A DNA stretch of 64,000 nt from Nitrospirales bacterium (GTDB taxonomy: Bacteria; Nitrospirota; Nitrospiria; Nitrospirales; UBA8639): positions 1,440,001 through 1,504,000 of the forward strand of contig CBDCWC010000002.1 of the NCBI GenBank assembly GCA_965223295.1, in the 5' to 3' direction. Positions 19,378-30,084 of the stretch are shown here, piece after piece. The translations under genes and the position numbers were made by a program. Each line of letters begins with the position of its first letter. Position 1 is the stretch's first letter. Under the pieces are notes generated by a model, which was not told the origin of the DNA, ran no database searches, and saw only the letters and a program-made list of their open reading frames with translations.

Positions 19378-20676
19378 ATGTTAGCCCTCCTACCCAATTT
19401 TATTGTTTTTGTTGGCTCAGGTTTTCTTTTCTCCGGAATATACATGCCTTCCATGGTCGTAATGAGCTACCTAATTTTTAGGCCATTGATTCAACCATTT
19501 GCCTGGTTGCAGTACAAACTATTTGGTTTACCTATTGCACTTCCATTTTCACTCATCGTAATTGCCCTTGGGATTCTTTTCTCCTTGATCGGAAAACGCT
19601 GGAACCCAATAGTGGGAAAAAGTGAATTTTTTAACCTGTTTATGGTGATCGCTATTCTTTCAATGGGTGTTTCTAACTATTTTCAGGAGTCAATGGCTGG
19701 ACTGATCAAGCTTCTCACTGTGTGGTTTCTGTTTGCTTTCGCCTACAACAGCGTCGACAAGGAAGATGATGCAATTCGTATTATAGACTCACTAATACTT
19801 TCTTCTGTAGTTCCACTTGCATTTGGGTTCTACGAGGCTATTACTGGGAACTACGATATACTACTCGATTCCGAGGTAGATCGAATCGCCAGCGTGTTCG
19901 TGACTGGCAACGACTATGGGATATTCCTGACATTTCTGACTGCAGTTTGCGCAATACGCTCAAGCCGAGTTAATAGTCGTAACGTGCAAAGAGCCGTGCT
20001 GGTGATTCTATTGATGGTTCTTGTTTCTCAAGTACTCTCACTCAACAGAGGTACGTGGCTAGCACTAACCATTGGTTTTATTCTTGCCGCAGCAAAATAT
20101 AATAGATTTTTTAATTTCAAGCCTTTCTTAGCTGGAGCGACAGTGTTTCTAGTTATTTTCTCTGGCACTATTGCCGATAGATTTAATGAATTGTCAGATC
20201 CCTCAAGTGTACATTATGATAAGACAAGTACGTTGGAAGGACGTTTTAACTACTGGCAAGCTATTACTCCACTTATTGTGGAACGGCCGATTTTGGGTTA
20301 TGGGTTAGGAACGGGCAGCCTGGTAACAAAAAAACACCTTGGCACGACCAACAAACCTCACAATGACTACGTGCATATATCTTTGGAGATGGGTATCTTT
20401 GCTGCGCTTGCCTACATTGGATTTCTCATAAGAATTCTTGTCTATTTTTTCACCAGGCCAATTATCCAAGATCTATGGATCTGGAACTTCTCTTTGTTGA
20501 TGCTATCAACATATTTCATAATTATATCCATGACACAAAATATCGTACAGACCACGCTGAACTTCCCCATCTTCATGATACTTGTTGCAGTGGTGCTCAA
20601 ACTTAACCGGAACTTTGAACTTGAGAACAACCCAATCTATACCGGACAGGGAAGGAACAACTCTTCTAAGCACTAA
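19378..20676 (+). CDS. Wzy polymerase / O-antigen ligase family membrane protein
   Basis: About 11-12 TM helices; SLNRGTWL, GR..YW, PILGYGLG, PHNDY. Confidence 0.85.
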   Translation: MLALLPNFIVFVGSGFLFSGIYMPSMVVMSYLIFRPLIQPFAWLQYKLFGLPIALPFSLIVIALGILFSLIGKRWNPIVGKSEFFNLFMVIAILSMGVSNYFQESMAGLIKLLTVWFLFAFAYNSVDKEDDAIRIIDSLILSSVVPLAFGFYEAITGNYDILLDSEVDRIASVFVTGNDYGIFLTFLTAVCAIRSSRVNSRNVQRAVLVILLMVLVSQVLSLNRGTWLALTIGFILAAAKYNRFFNFKPFLAGATVFLVIFSGTIADRFNELSDPSSVHYDKTSTLEGRFNYWQAITPLIVERPILGYGLGTGSLVTKKHLGTTNKPHNDYVHISLEMGIFAALAYIGFLIRILVYFFTRPIIQDLWIWNFSLLMLSTYFIIISMTQNIVQTTLNFPIFMILVAVVLKLNRNFELENNPIYTGQGRNNSSKH

Positions 20677-20699
20677 GTCTTCCATGGACTCATTGCCGT

Positions 20700-22826
20700 A
20701 TGGTCAAGATTAAAGTTACACATTCGTCGAACATTATTTTGTCGAACAAGTATTTTATTTTATCGGTACTTCTTGTCACCTGGATATTCAAGATGGGCAT
20801 AGCCTATGGAGCACAAGAAAAGTATCGTTGGCGCTCTATCCCAATCACCACAGTCGCTCAGGCAAAAGCAGGTATTCTTGGCGGGGAGGGATTTCAACAG
20901 GTCATGAGCATCGAATATGCCCCTTCTGATCCCCGAATCGTCTATATGGGATCAGATACCACACAGGTTTGGAAGTCCACCGATTCCGGCTATCACTGGC
21001 GTCCAGCGAGTGAGGGTATGGATTCGAATGGCGCCCGCTCACTCTTGGTTCATCCCAAAAATGCAGATATCGTCCTGGCGGCCGGATTCCTTGGTCCAGA
21101 GGAACAACGTGCACGACCTGCCAGACGGCGAAAAGAGGGAATTTTCCGGACGGTAGACGGAGGGAAGAGCTGGGCATTCATCCGAAAGACAGAGTTTCAC
21201 AAACAGCGTTCCACCGGATCTCTTTTTGCAGTTGACCCCCGCACCATCAGCAAAAAAGAACTGGCCTTGTTCGCCGGATCATACAGTGAAGGCCTTCTAG
21301 TAAGCCGAGACACGGGTCAAACCTGGGAGAAGACTACATTTGATGCAGGAATCATACAGGACATTGAGACTTATCCTGCAGAACCCGGTGTGCTGATTGT
21401 AGCGAGCTCAAATGGGCTCTACCGCTATGATGATGGCAAAATAGAGAAAATTGGTCGAGGCCTTCCTGATGCTCCGTCAAATATCGCGATATCACCAGCG
21501 GCCCCCGAACGGGTCATCGCTGCTGTCAGCAGCCGTGGGGTCTACGTCTCCAACGATGGAGGTCGAGCCTTTCGTAAGTCTTCAAGAGGCTTATCGCCAC
21601 CGTTTCTCTCCAAGGTGGTCGATGTCTTTGCTAGCCCAATAGATGCCCAACGGCTCTATGCCGGCACTTGGAAAAGCCGGATAAAGGGTCCCTACTACTC
21701 GGGAGATGGAGGCAAGAACTGGAAAATTGTGGAAACTTTGAATGCACACGGGCTGACGAGCGGAAGAGGATTCTGGTTCCCAAGTCCCTTTGCCCCTCAC
21801 CCTCGGAAACCCCTCATCGCCCTGGCCACCTCGAATGGCAGGACACGAGTATTGCGTACTGAAAATGGAGGCAGGACGTGGCACTACAGTGGCAGTGGGT
21901 TCACGGGTGGAGGAGTCCGTGATATGGCATTCGTATCTTCGGAAGAGTGGTACCTTGCGCTGATTGATCACGGTCTGTGGAGGACAACAGACGGTGGAAA
22001 GACTTTCATTCATGTAGATGTCCCAGGGGTACATCCCATTTCTATCGGCGCGGTCGCGGTTTCAGGAAGAACCATCATTCTCTCCATTGGAAGCTGGCGG
22101 AAAAAGCGATTAGCGGTTTCTCATGATCAGGGAAAAACTTGGCAACACTTCGACAATACTCCCAGCCGATTGAAATTCATCCGATTCCACCCTCAGAAAA
22201 CAAACGTGGTCTATGCATCAAGTTATCGAAGCGACGATAACGGTGAGTCGTGGTCTGAATTGAAGTACCAGGTGAAAGCAGTGTTTCGTGGCAACGGCGA
22301 TATCGTGTACGGATTCGATAAGAGTCAGTCAAGGGTGATGGAATCCTCAGACATGGGATTAACTTGGCAACCCCTCACGGTCTGCGGTGGAAAGAAGATC
22401 AGGACCATGGCCGTCAACGAAATTGCAGCCGATCCTCATGTCCGAGGCCGGCTGTACCTGGGGACGAATAGTGGGCCCTATCTCGTGGATGAAGGAAAAT
22501 GCACAAGAGTGGGACCGAAATCTGGATTTGTCCGTGATACCCATGGCTCCCTTGCAATCACATCAATTGCTGTAAACCCTCTCAATACCCATGTTGTATA
22601 TGCAGGAAGATGGGCTCCAGGAAAAGGTACTTCTTCGGGGGTGTTCAGGTCGGATGATTTCGGGCATACTTGGGCGCCATTCAATAGCGGTCTCGGCCAA
22701 AGCTGTACAGTCTGGAGCATAGAATTAGATCCAGAAAAAGGGACGGTTTATATCGGGGCAACACGCGGCTTGCATGTTTTGGAACGTGGTTCAGACAAAT
22801 ATATGCTTAATAAAGATCCCTCTTAA
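20700..22826 (+). CDS. Exported BNR/Asp-box beta-propeller protein (VPS10/GH74-like)
   Basis: Signal-like N-terminus; many S/T-x-D-x-G-x-x-W boxes (STDSGYHW, TVDGGKSW, SRDTGQTW, SHDQGKTW, SDDFGHTW). Confidence 0.8.
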   Translation: MVKIKVTHSSNIILSNKYFILSVLLVTWIFKMGIAYGAQEKYRWRSIPITTVAQAKAGILGGEGFQQVMSIEYAPSDPRIVYMGSDTTQVWKSTDSGYHWRPASEGMDSNGARSLLVHPKNADIVLAAGFLGPEEQRARPARRRKEGIFRTVDGGKSWAFIRKTEFHKQRSTGSLFAVDPRTISKKELALFAGSYSEGLLVSRDTGQTWEKTTFDAGIIQDIETYPAEPGVLIVASSNGLYRYDDGKIEKIGRGLPDAPSNIAISPAAPERVIAAVSSRGVYVSNDGGRAFRKSSRGLSPPFLSKVVDVFASPIDAQRLYAGTWKSRIKGPYYSGDGGKNWKIVETLNAHGLTSGRGFWFPSPFAPHPRKPLIALATSNGRTRVLRTENGGRTWHYSGSGFTGGGVRDMAFVSSEEWYLALIDHGLWRTTDGGKTFIHVDVPGVHPISIGAVAVSGRTIILSIGSWRKKRLAVSHDQGKTWQHFDNTPSRLKFIRFHPQKTNVVYASSYRSDDNGESWSELKYQVKAVFRGNGDIVYGFDKSQSRVMESSDMGLTWQPLTVCGGKKIRTMAVNEIAADPHVRGRLYLGTNSGPYLVDEGKCTRVGPKSGFVRDTHGSLAITSIAVNPLNTHVVYAGRWAPGKGTSSGVFRSDDFGHTWAPFNSGLGQSCTVWSIELDPEKGTVYIGATRGLHVLERGSDKYMLNKDPS

Positions 22827-23181
22827 AGACACGGCATTCCTTGTTAGTACATCCCCCTCTGGTACAACAATGCTTCATTAGATTCTGGTGCAACCTCCTT
22901 CTATTTGCAACTGAAGGAATTGCACTGTTTTGGTGACCCGTTTGCTTTTAGTCATAGTCGGGATTTTATTAGGGGTTAACTCTGCGCGAGAGATACAGTC
23001 GTATACTCTTGGACTACGACTTAAATAAAAATGGCCAGCTACAATACAATGTAATCCATAAATGTTTTGCAAAACACATTTTCTATCTTGTAGGAATCGC
23101 CTTCATGACATTGGCCAAAACTAAAAACAATCTAAAGAAGTATTCTTCACCAAAACCTCTTGATCTACCTGACTCTGAAAA

Positions 23182-24225
23182 ATGAATACACCCATAAAGT
23201 GCACGGATAGCATAGGGCCTTTATTTGTCGTAGGCAATTCTCGCAGTGGCACCACTCTTATGGCAAGAATGCTGAGGGCTCATACTGATATATATATATT
23301 GAATGAAACTCATTATTTTCAGAATGTACCTGATACGTATTTTGATGATATGTCAGATGAAAAAATTCAGAATTTGCTTAGACAGATAGAGGCTATTCAG
23401 AAATACGGAATATACAGAAAAGATAAAATACTTACATCGCCTTCATTCTTGTGTAATGCATATGGTAAAGGAGAGATTGACTCGAGTGATAAGTACAACT
23501 TGTTCTATGATGTATTACATGTGATAGGGAATTCTCTCGGGAAAAGCATAGTAGGAGATCAGACGCCACAGACTATTTTTTATATTGACGAACTAGTTCA
23601 CGCCTATCCGAATTTAAAGATCATCAACATGGTTCGTGATCCAAGGGCCGCAATTTTTTCCCAACGCGGCAAATGGAAGGCTGCAAAAAAACTCGGCCAA
23701 CCTGTAAAGGAAGTTATCAGGTCGTTCTTTAACTATCATCCGATAACGCTATCGTTTCTCTGGAATCGCGCAATATCAGCTGGTTATGCCTCACAAGAAA
23801 AATATGGAAATGTAAAGATTCATACCATAATTTTTGAAGAGTTAGTGAGCAATCCTGCAATGGCAATGATGCAATTATGTGATTTCATCGGCGTAGAATT
23901 TCAGAGAAAAATGTTAGATGTTGATATAGAAGGGTCATCAAATGTTTCACTCACCGACTTTCAATTAAGAAACGAACGAAATGGAATTCAATCAAGCGTG
24001 AAAGATGAATGGAGAAAAAAATTGTCCGACGGCGAAGTGGCATTAATACAACTCATTACCAGGGAAAATATGGAGAAATATGGCTATCAACGTGTTGCAT
24101 CACAGTTTCCGATTACGATTATCCCTTTATTGATTTATTTCCCGATTCATTTGTTCGCATCTTTTCTGCTGAATTTTCAAAGAATAGGCAACCCAATTTC
24201 CTATCTAGTGAAAAGGTTCAAATAA
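23182..24225 (+). CDS. PAPS-dependent sulfotransferase
   Basis: GNSRSGTT 5'-PSB loop; NETHYF; VRDPRA..S 3'-PB motif; FEELV. Confidence 0.88.
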   Translation: MNTPIKCTDSIGPLFVVGNSRSGTTLMARMLRAHTDIYILNETHYFQNVPDTYFDDMSDEKIQNLLRQIEAIQKYGIYRKDKILTSPSFLCNAYGKGEIDSSDKYNLFYDVLHVIGNSLGKSIVGDQTPQTIFYIDELVHAYPNLKIINMVRDPRAAIFSQRGKWKAAKKLGQPVKEVIRSFFNYHPITLSFLWNRAISAGYASQEKYGNVKIHTIIFEELVSNPAMAMMQLCDFIGVEFQRKMLDVDIEGSSNVSLTDFQLRNERNGIQSSVKDEWRKKLSDGEVALIQLITRENMEKYGYQRVASQFPITIIPLLIYFPIHLFASFLLNFQRIGNPISYLVKRFK

Positions 24226-24499
24226 CATGTCTGCTATTCACGAGTTCTTGTAACAGAATTGATTTTTCAAACAACCGGCAAGTCACTCGCTTCGTCCTAA
24301 ATAATTATAACTGTCAACAGAGAGTACCTTTGTCTTATTCAGCACAACATGTATCAGGGAAAATACCGGATGCCAGCTTTTCAATAATGTCTCTCCACAC
24401 GCAGAAGACGCTACACCCAACGTAGGATATTAAGGGAGACCTTATACACATTGACTACCTTTAAAACCCCACTCAAAGAGCTACGACTGGCGCCCCAAA

Positions 24500-25438
24500 A
24501 TGCCTAAAATAAAGGTGCTATATATTGCAGGGGTGGGAAGAAGCGGAACGACGCTTATCGACCGGTTACTAGGTGAACTTGATGGATTCGTCTCGGTGGG
24601 AGAACTTCGGCATATATGGACACGAAGTTATCAGGATAACCAGTTATGCGGTTGTCAAAATAGATTTCATGAATGTGAAACTTGGAAATCTATATCCGCA
24701 AGAGCCTTTCCTAAAGGCCTTACCGATAACGATTTACACAAAGTCATAGAACTTCAGAAAACCTTAAATCGACTGAGAATGCTTCACCGACTAAATTCAA
24801 GCCCACTCAACCCGCAGCTGGCCAGCTATATCAATAGATTCCTCTTCCCGCTTTATAGGGCAATACATGAAGAGTTTCCTGGCCATGTCATTGTCGACTC
24901 ATCCAAAATACCGAGCTATGTTTATATTTTAAGTAAATGCGGTTTTATTGATCTGAGTGTCATACATGTTGTAAGAGATCCAAGAGCCGTTGCCTTTTCA
25001 TGGTTGAGAAAAAAAACTCGACCTGAAGTCACTGAAAGAGATGAATATATGCCCACAATCAGCCCACTTAGAATTTCAATCATATGGGTATTGTTTAATT
25101 CACTCATAAAACGCCTTGGCAATGTATTGGGTAAAACACACTATCATCGAGTATCATATGAAGACTTTACGCAGGCACCATATAGAAAAATATTAGAGTT
25201 GTCAAAGTTCATGGGAAAAAACAATGGTAGCCAACTTTTTCAGGATTCTCACTCCGTATTACTCGGTCCAAATCATTCGGTTTCTGGCAATCCGATGAGA
25301 TTCAAGACTGGCGTGGTAGCAATTAAGAATGATGAACAATGGAAGAGCGCTATGCACAAATTTGATAAATTTGTCGTGTCTCTGCTAACAACGTCACATC
25401 GAAAACAGTTTGCCCCATCTGATAAAGACAATGTATGA
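24500..25438 (+). CDS. PAPS-dependent sulfotransferase
   Basis: GVGRSGTT, VGEL, CGC..F.EC..W, VDSSK, VRDPRAVAFSW, YEDF, HSVSGNPMRF. Confidence 0.88.
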   Translation: MPKIKVLYIAGVGRSGTTLIDRLLGELDGFVSVGELRHIWTRSYQDNQLCGCQNRFHECETWKSISARAFPKGLTDNDLHKVIELQKTLNRLRMLHRLNSSPLNPQLASYINRFLFPLYRAIHEEFPGHVIVDSSKIPSYVYILSKCGFIDLSVIHVVRDPRAVAFSWLRKKTRPEVTERDEYMPTISPLRISIIWVLFNSLIKRLGNVLGKTHYHRVSYEDFTQAPYRKILELSKFMGKNNGSQLFQDSHSVLLGPNHSVSGNPMRFKTGVVAIKNDEQWKSAMHKFDKFVVSLLTTSHRKQFAPSDKDNV

Positions 25439-26799
25439 GTATACAAGAAGAGCAGACTGTTCTTTCTCGGTTACTTATCCCTCTTTTTTCTCGCTTAACA
25501 CGAGAAAAACAGCCCTATTGTGTCTGCGGAAACTATAAGAATCTTCCCTTTCACACTGAAAATGATGTGGATTTATGGGCAAAAAACCCAAAGGCGGTGA
25601 TCGCTATTGTCAAAGAAGTCAGTACAGAGTGTGGCTTAACTCTTTATTTAGAAAATAAAAATGCAACCGGAAGTAATCTTTTTTTTTGGATACAAACTGA
25701 AATGGGACCTGTCACTGTACATCTCGACGTGCTTAGCGAGTGCCGTTGGCATTCCTTTTTGCCTCTCGTCAAGTCAAGAGAAATAGAACAACGACGCAAG
25801 AAATACAACGGCTTTATGGTTGCCACCGAGACAATCGATGCAGCTATGCACTTTATGCATCCGCTAACCCATTTTGGTGAAATACGTGAAAAATATTTTC
25901 ACGATTTTATAAGAGAGTCAAGCAACCCTGGTTTTAGAAGAATAATTGAAGCTGGGCTTGGGGCCACGTTCTATCAAGAGATCTCTCCACTTCTTCAGGC
26001 ACACAATTGGCAGGCCATAGAAAAAGCCTTCATTCGAAGAAAAAACGATGTGCTAATGCACGCAATACGACAAATGCGCGTGGCACAATGGCAGTCATTT
26101 TTTCGATTTATTGTTAGCAATCTACGACGACTCCTTCGGCCAAACGGGCTTTTTGTAGCTTTTGTGGGGCCAGATGGCTGTGGAAAAACAACTGTACAAG
26201 AAAATTTACAGCCATTTTTTGAGAAAGGATTTACAAAAGGAAAAATCAAGAAATTTTATTGGCGTCCATTCTTATTACCATTAATCAAGTCATTACTGCC
26301 TGGCACAAAAAACAAGAAGCTCGTAGCCTCCGATCCGGCAGAACGTTTAAAGCTACGCCACGCAAGCCTTGTTCAACAAATCACTCACATTGTGAAATTG
26401 TTTTACTATTGCTTTGATTTTCTTGTAGGCAGACTAAAATATCAGGCTGTATGGTCTAAAGGAGGGGTAGTGTGTTTTGATCGCTATTGGGATGATCTAT
26501 TGATTTTTCCAGAACGATTTGGTCTTTGTGTATCAAGTGTACTCGTTCGAGCTTTGGGCATCTTTGTCCCGAAACCAGATATTGTTTTTTATCTACATGC
26601 TGAGGCAGAAGTATTAACAGCTCGTAAATTGGAACTTCCTATCGAGGAAATGACACAACAAATTGCTGGATACAAAGAATTGGCTCAGAATAGACAGCAC
26701 TATGTTCAGATACAAGCAGATCTCTCGGAAGAGGATGTGGTATCGAACGTAGTCACGACCTGTCTAACAAAGATGTCAGACAGATATGATAAAACATGA
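25435..26799 (+). CDS. Fusion of nucleotidyltransferase-like N-domain and thymidylate-kinase-like P-loop C-domain
   Basis: NDVDLW (DxD) in N-terminal half; GPDGCGKTT, FDRY..D, PKPDIVFYL, ARK.EL in C-terminal half. Confidence 0.7.
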   Translation: MSIQEEQTVLSRLLIPLFSRLTREKQPYCVCGNYKNLPFHTENDVDLWAKNPKAVIAIVKEVSTECGLTLYLENKNATGSNLFFWIQTEMGPVTVHLDVLSECRWHSFLPLVKSREIEQRRKKYNGFMVATETIDAAMHFMHPLTHFGEIREKYFHDFIRESSNPGFRRIIEAGLGATFYQEISPLLQAHNWQAIEKAFIRRKNDVLMHAIRQMRVAQWQSFFRFIVSNLRRLLRPNGLFVAFVGPDGCGKTTVQENLQPFFEKGFTKGKIKKFYWRPFLLPLIKSLLPGTKNKKLVASDPAERLKLRHASLVQQITHIVKLFYYCFDFLVGRLKYQAVWSKGGVVCFDRYWDDLLIFPERFGLCVSSVLVRALGIFVPKPDIVFYLHAEAEVLTARKLELPIEEMTQQIAGYKELAQNRQHYVQIQADLSEEDVVSNVVTTCLTKMSDRYDKT

Positions 26800-28289
26800 C
26801 ACACGACCCACGGTTAAGGTGGTTAAAGTACTTTATTTCTGAAGGTGGGTTGGTTATTTTCCTCCCAGCCAATGCCACGGAAGCAACTATTACCACCTTA
26901 CGGGATGATGCAGCGACTGAGGCTTCCATTCAAATCATTGACCAACAACAAAATCTCTCCTCGATTTCACTAGCACGTACCTCTAACGAAAAGAAAAAAG
27001 TTGAAGGGATTCTCCATCTCATGAAAAGCAGAGAATCATCTACGACAGTTTCTAGAAAGTTTTCAGCGTGTGGGAAAAAAATAATTAGTGAATATGCCGT
27101 CCTTCCTTCCTGGGAAAATCCCCGGTGGTTTGTCCCAAAACATAGAACTCTTGCCCCGGGTCGTATGTCGCAAATGATCAATCCCTCTCGACCACTTTCG
27201 CGAGTGGCCATCTCAGCTTTTCGATTCCTCAAGGGGATCGGCCAGGAGCAATTGATTTTCCCTGATCGGCTTTTTATCAGCCGTAGAATCTCTGATGTTT
27301 CGTATGACCTTGACAATACCTTGCTTGGAAAGATTGGCAAGCAAGTAGAGGAACAAGTTTTTCCAGGAATTGTTTATTCAGGATCCTTTGGCCCTTTTCA
27401 AAAATTTACCCTCGAATTGCTAAATAGAGATGGCAAGCCAGTGGCCTTTGCAAAAATTGGACATAACAAATACAGCAAAGAAGCGATTCATCGAGAGAGT
27501 ATAGCTTTAGAACAGATGTATTCCCTTAATTTAGAAACCATGCGAGTACCTAAAGTCCTTGGAATGATGACATTGGGAAAATGGAACGACATGGTTTTAA
27601 TTCAAAAGCTTCTGGAAGGTGGAAAAATGATTCAAGGTCTCTCAAAAGTCTGCCTCCAGGGACTTATTGATCTTTTTCACGCCACGCGACAGAAAGAGGC
27701 TTTGCCACTCCAAGAATATTTAACCAAACTTTGTTCTCGGTTAAAAACCCTTGATACCAGTAGCCTGACAGACCACTATAGAAATATCCGAGATGATGTT
27801 ATTAACAACCTGACAAATCTTGGCATTCAATTTCCTGACAGTGTGATATTTGCGTCGCTTGGCCATGGCGACTTCACTAGATGGAATGTTCGCGAAAATC
27901 ATCAATCACTTTTTGTCATAGACTGGGAAGAAGCAGGTTTTCGGCCTCCTGGCCATGACCTGTTCAATCTACTATTTTCTGAGACCCTTCAGGCTAGAAG
28001 AAGGGGACCGGAAGCGGTGATCGACGAGTTTGCTAGCGCAATCGGAAAGAAGGACGAAAGGTCATGCAAAGCCTATTTTGTTGAAACATTGCAAACCTGT
28101 CAGCTTAAGCCTGACTTACTGATTATCCTGTATTTGGCCGAAAAGTTGGCCTACAGCCTTGAGCATGTTGAACAACATCGGCTTGGCGGCTACTCTGAAA
28201 AAGAAAGCTTTGCTCGCATTATCCCCGCTTTAGACATAGTCTTCAGACATTTTTATCGAAAAATTCAACATGATCTCACTTCGCCTTAA
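26796..28289 (+). CDS. Aminoglycoside-phosphotransferase/choline-kinase-fold kinase
   Basis: AFAKIG, RE..AL, RVPKVL, HGDFTRWN (Brenner motif), IDWE, GHDLF; overlaps upstream stop (ATGA coupling). Confidence 0.75.
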   Translation: MTHDPRLRWLKYFISEGGLVIFLPANATEATITTLRDDAATEASIQIIDQQQNLSSISLARTSNEKKKVEGILHLMKSRESSTTVSRKFSACGKKIISEYAVLPSWENPRWFVPKHRTLAPGRMSQMINPSRPLSRVAISAFRFLKGIGQEQLIFPDRLFISRRISDVSYDLDNTLLGKIGKQVEEQVFPGIVYSGSFGPFQKFTLELLNRDGKPVAFAKIGHNKYSKEAIHRESIALEQMYSLNLETMRVPKVLGMMTLGKWNDMVLIQKLLEGGKMIQGLSKVCLQGLIDLFHATRQKEALPLQEYLTKLCSRLKTLDTSSLTDHYRNIRDDVINNLTNLGIQFPDSVIFASLGHGDFTRWNVRENHQSLFVIDWEEAGFRPPGHDLFNLLFSETLQARRRGPEAVIDEFASAIGKKDERSCKAYFVETLQTCQLKPDLLIILYLAEKLAYSLEHVEQHRLGGYSEKESFARIIPALDIVFRHFYRKIQHDLTSP

Positions 28290-28305
28290 CTAGCTAGTAC
28301 TAGAG

Positions 28306-29637
28306 TTATTGCTTCAAAGCCTCCCTTATATTCGCCAAGGCCAACGGAGAAGCATGAGTTTTTATGCCCAAAGCTTTCAGACAATATGCCCACATCGATA
28401 TATTGTAGAGGGCTTTACCCATTGCAGTACCAAGCGCAATACCCAAGATGCCGTGTCTATCTACCAATAACAAGCTGCACCCTATGCCCACCAGCCCCGC
28501 ACATATTCCCATAAACATCAGGACTGTTTGGCGATCAGTCATTGCCATGAACACTCCAGGAGATCCCACCATCACACTTATCGTCTGTCCGAAAATTAGG
28601 ATCATCAGAACACTGGAACCAGTTGCATATGTCGATCCAAATACGAACCCCAGTATCTCCTTAGAAGCTATAAATACGATAAGAGCAATGATCAGGGATG
28701 GAAGAGCTGCGGTTAATGCAGCCGCTTGTAATACTTTTTCTATTCTTGGCTTGTCGTTCACCGAAGAAAGTTGAGCAATGGTGGAAGGAATGACGCCATT
28801 GATGATAAGAAGAGGCATTTGTATGAACTTTGCCAACCTTGAGGCTGCACCGTAAATAGCGACATCAACATGGCTAACGAATGCCCCAGCAATCCAAAGA
28901 TGGGCTTCGTTTATCCCAATACCAGATAAGGCCAGAATTGATAAAGGTAGACCGATCCTTATTGGTTCCATGAGTGATAATCCTATTGTCTGCTCCGACC
29001 TCCGGTAGCTGTTTTTCACTAAAAGAAGAGCAAGAACAGCTGTAGAGACTAGCGCCCCAATAACAATAAACAACACATCTCGGATACCCGTATGGTCAGG
29101 ATTAAACCAAAGATATCCCAATGCCAGGGTTATGAATATGGCAGTGGATGCGCCATCAACAAAAGCCGCTATGCCTACTCGATGAAACCCCCGCAGGATG
29201 AAGGCAAGGTAAGTCTGTATAGCTCGCAAGATGAACCAGGCAGTCGTTAAACCCACGAGCTCACTCACCAAACGTGAATGAAACACCTGTTGCCCTATAT
29301 ATGGGCCAATAGCCCAGAAGTATAGGAGTCCACCTGTGAGGGCAAAGAGTCCAACCAAGAATGCCGTACCCTTAATGACGGGACGAACATTTTCGTGAGA
29401 AACACTGCTTGTGGAGATGAGGCGCATTACTGCCTGGTTCATACCTCCAAGGATGATGAGTTCTCCGAATACCACTACACTTGCAATCAGATAAAACGCA
29501 CCGACTTCCGCTTCATTGAGTATTCGTGTCAATAGGATATTCCAAGCAAGCGTGCCAAGCGTAAACAGGATTTTCCCCCCACTAGCCCAGAGCCCTCCAT
29601 ATTTGAGACGTCTAGTTATCAGTGCTTTAAGGGTCAT
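28306..29637 (-). CDS. wzx: Wzx/MOP-family polysaccharide flippase
   Basis: About 12 TM helices; LLTRIL..EVGAF, VAIYGAASRLA, ILGFVFG..Y, HGILGIALGT. Confidence 0.85.
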   Translation of the reverse strand: MTLKALITRRLKYGGLWASGGKILFTLGTLAWNILLTRILNEAEVGAFYLIASVVVFGELIILGGMNQAVMRLISTSSVSHENVRPVIKGTAFLVGLFALTGGLLYFWAIGPYIGQQVFHSRLVSELVGLTTAWFILRAIQTYLAFILRGFHRVGIAAFVDGASTAIFITLALGYLWFNPDHTGIRDVLFIVIGALVSTAVLALLLVKNSYRRSEQTIGLSLMEPIRIGLPLSILALSGIGINEAHLWIAGAFVSHVDVAIYGAASRLAKFIQMPLLIINGVIPSTIAQLSSVNDKPRIEKVLQAAALTAALPSLIIALIVFIASKEILGFVFGSTYATGSSVLMILIFGQTISVMVGSPGVFMAMTDRQTVLMFMGICAGLVGIGCSLLLVDRHGILGIALGTAMGKALYNISMWAYCLKALGIKTHASPLALANIREALKQ

Positions 29638-30084
29638 TCTAAGCTACTTAATCTACAGGTGGCTCTTTGCGATAGGAAGAAAACAAGCAATCAAGGCGTC
29701 GGGTAACTTTTTTCGAGATGCGTCCTGAGAAATCAGCCAATAACCCTATTACCTACCACTACGTAGTCTATGATTTCATAGATGACGGGTAAAAAGGTTA
29801 GAGAGCGAGTAGACCCCAGGTGGATGTCGGGGAAGTGATAATCCGCAACTTCTCTAATTAAGGTCGTGGGATGAAAGCAGACAACATGTTAACTTTTGAG
29901 TCAGAATTTCTTTTCAGAAATTTTTAAAAATCTCCCCCAATCTCATTGCTTTCTAGAAACTTTGTGACATAAGCTCGTACATAAGTCGCTCCTAAACTTA
30001 TGTTGAAGGCTCCCTAGTATGACATACGTATCAAGCCTGCGCAAAGCTTGAACACTCGGGTATTTCCCATGAGAATCGCGTGTC

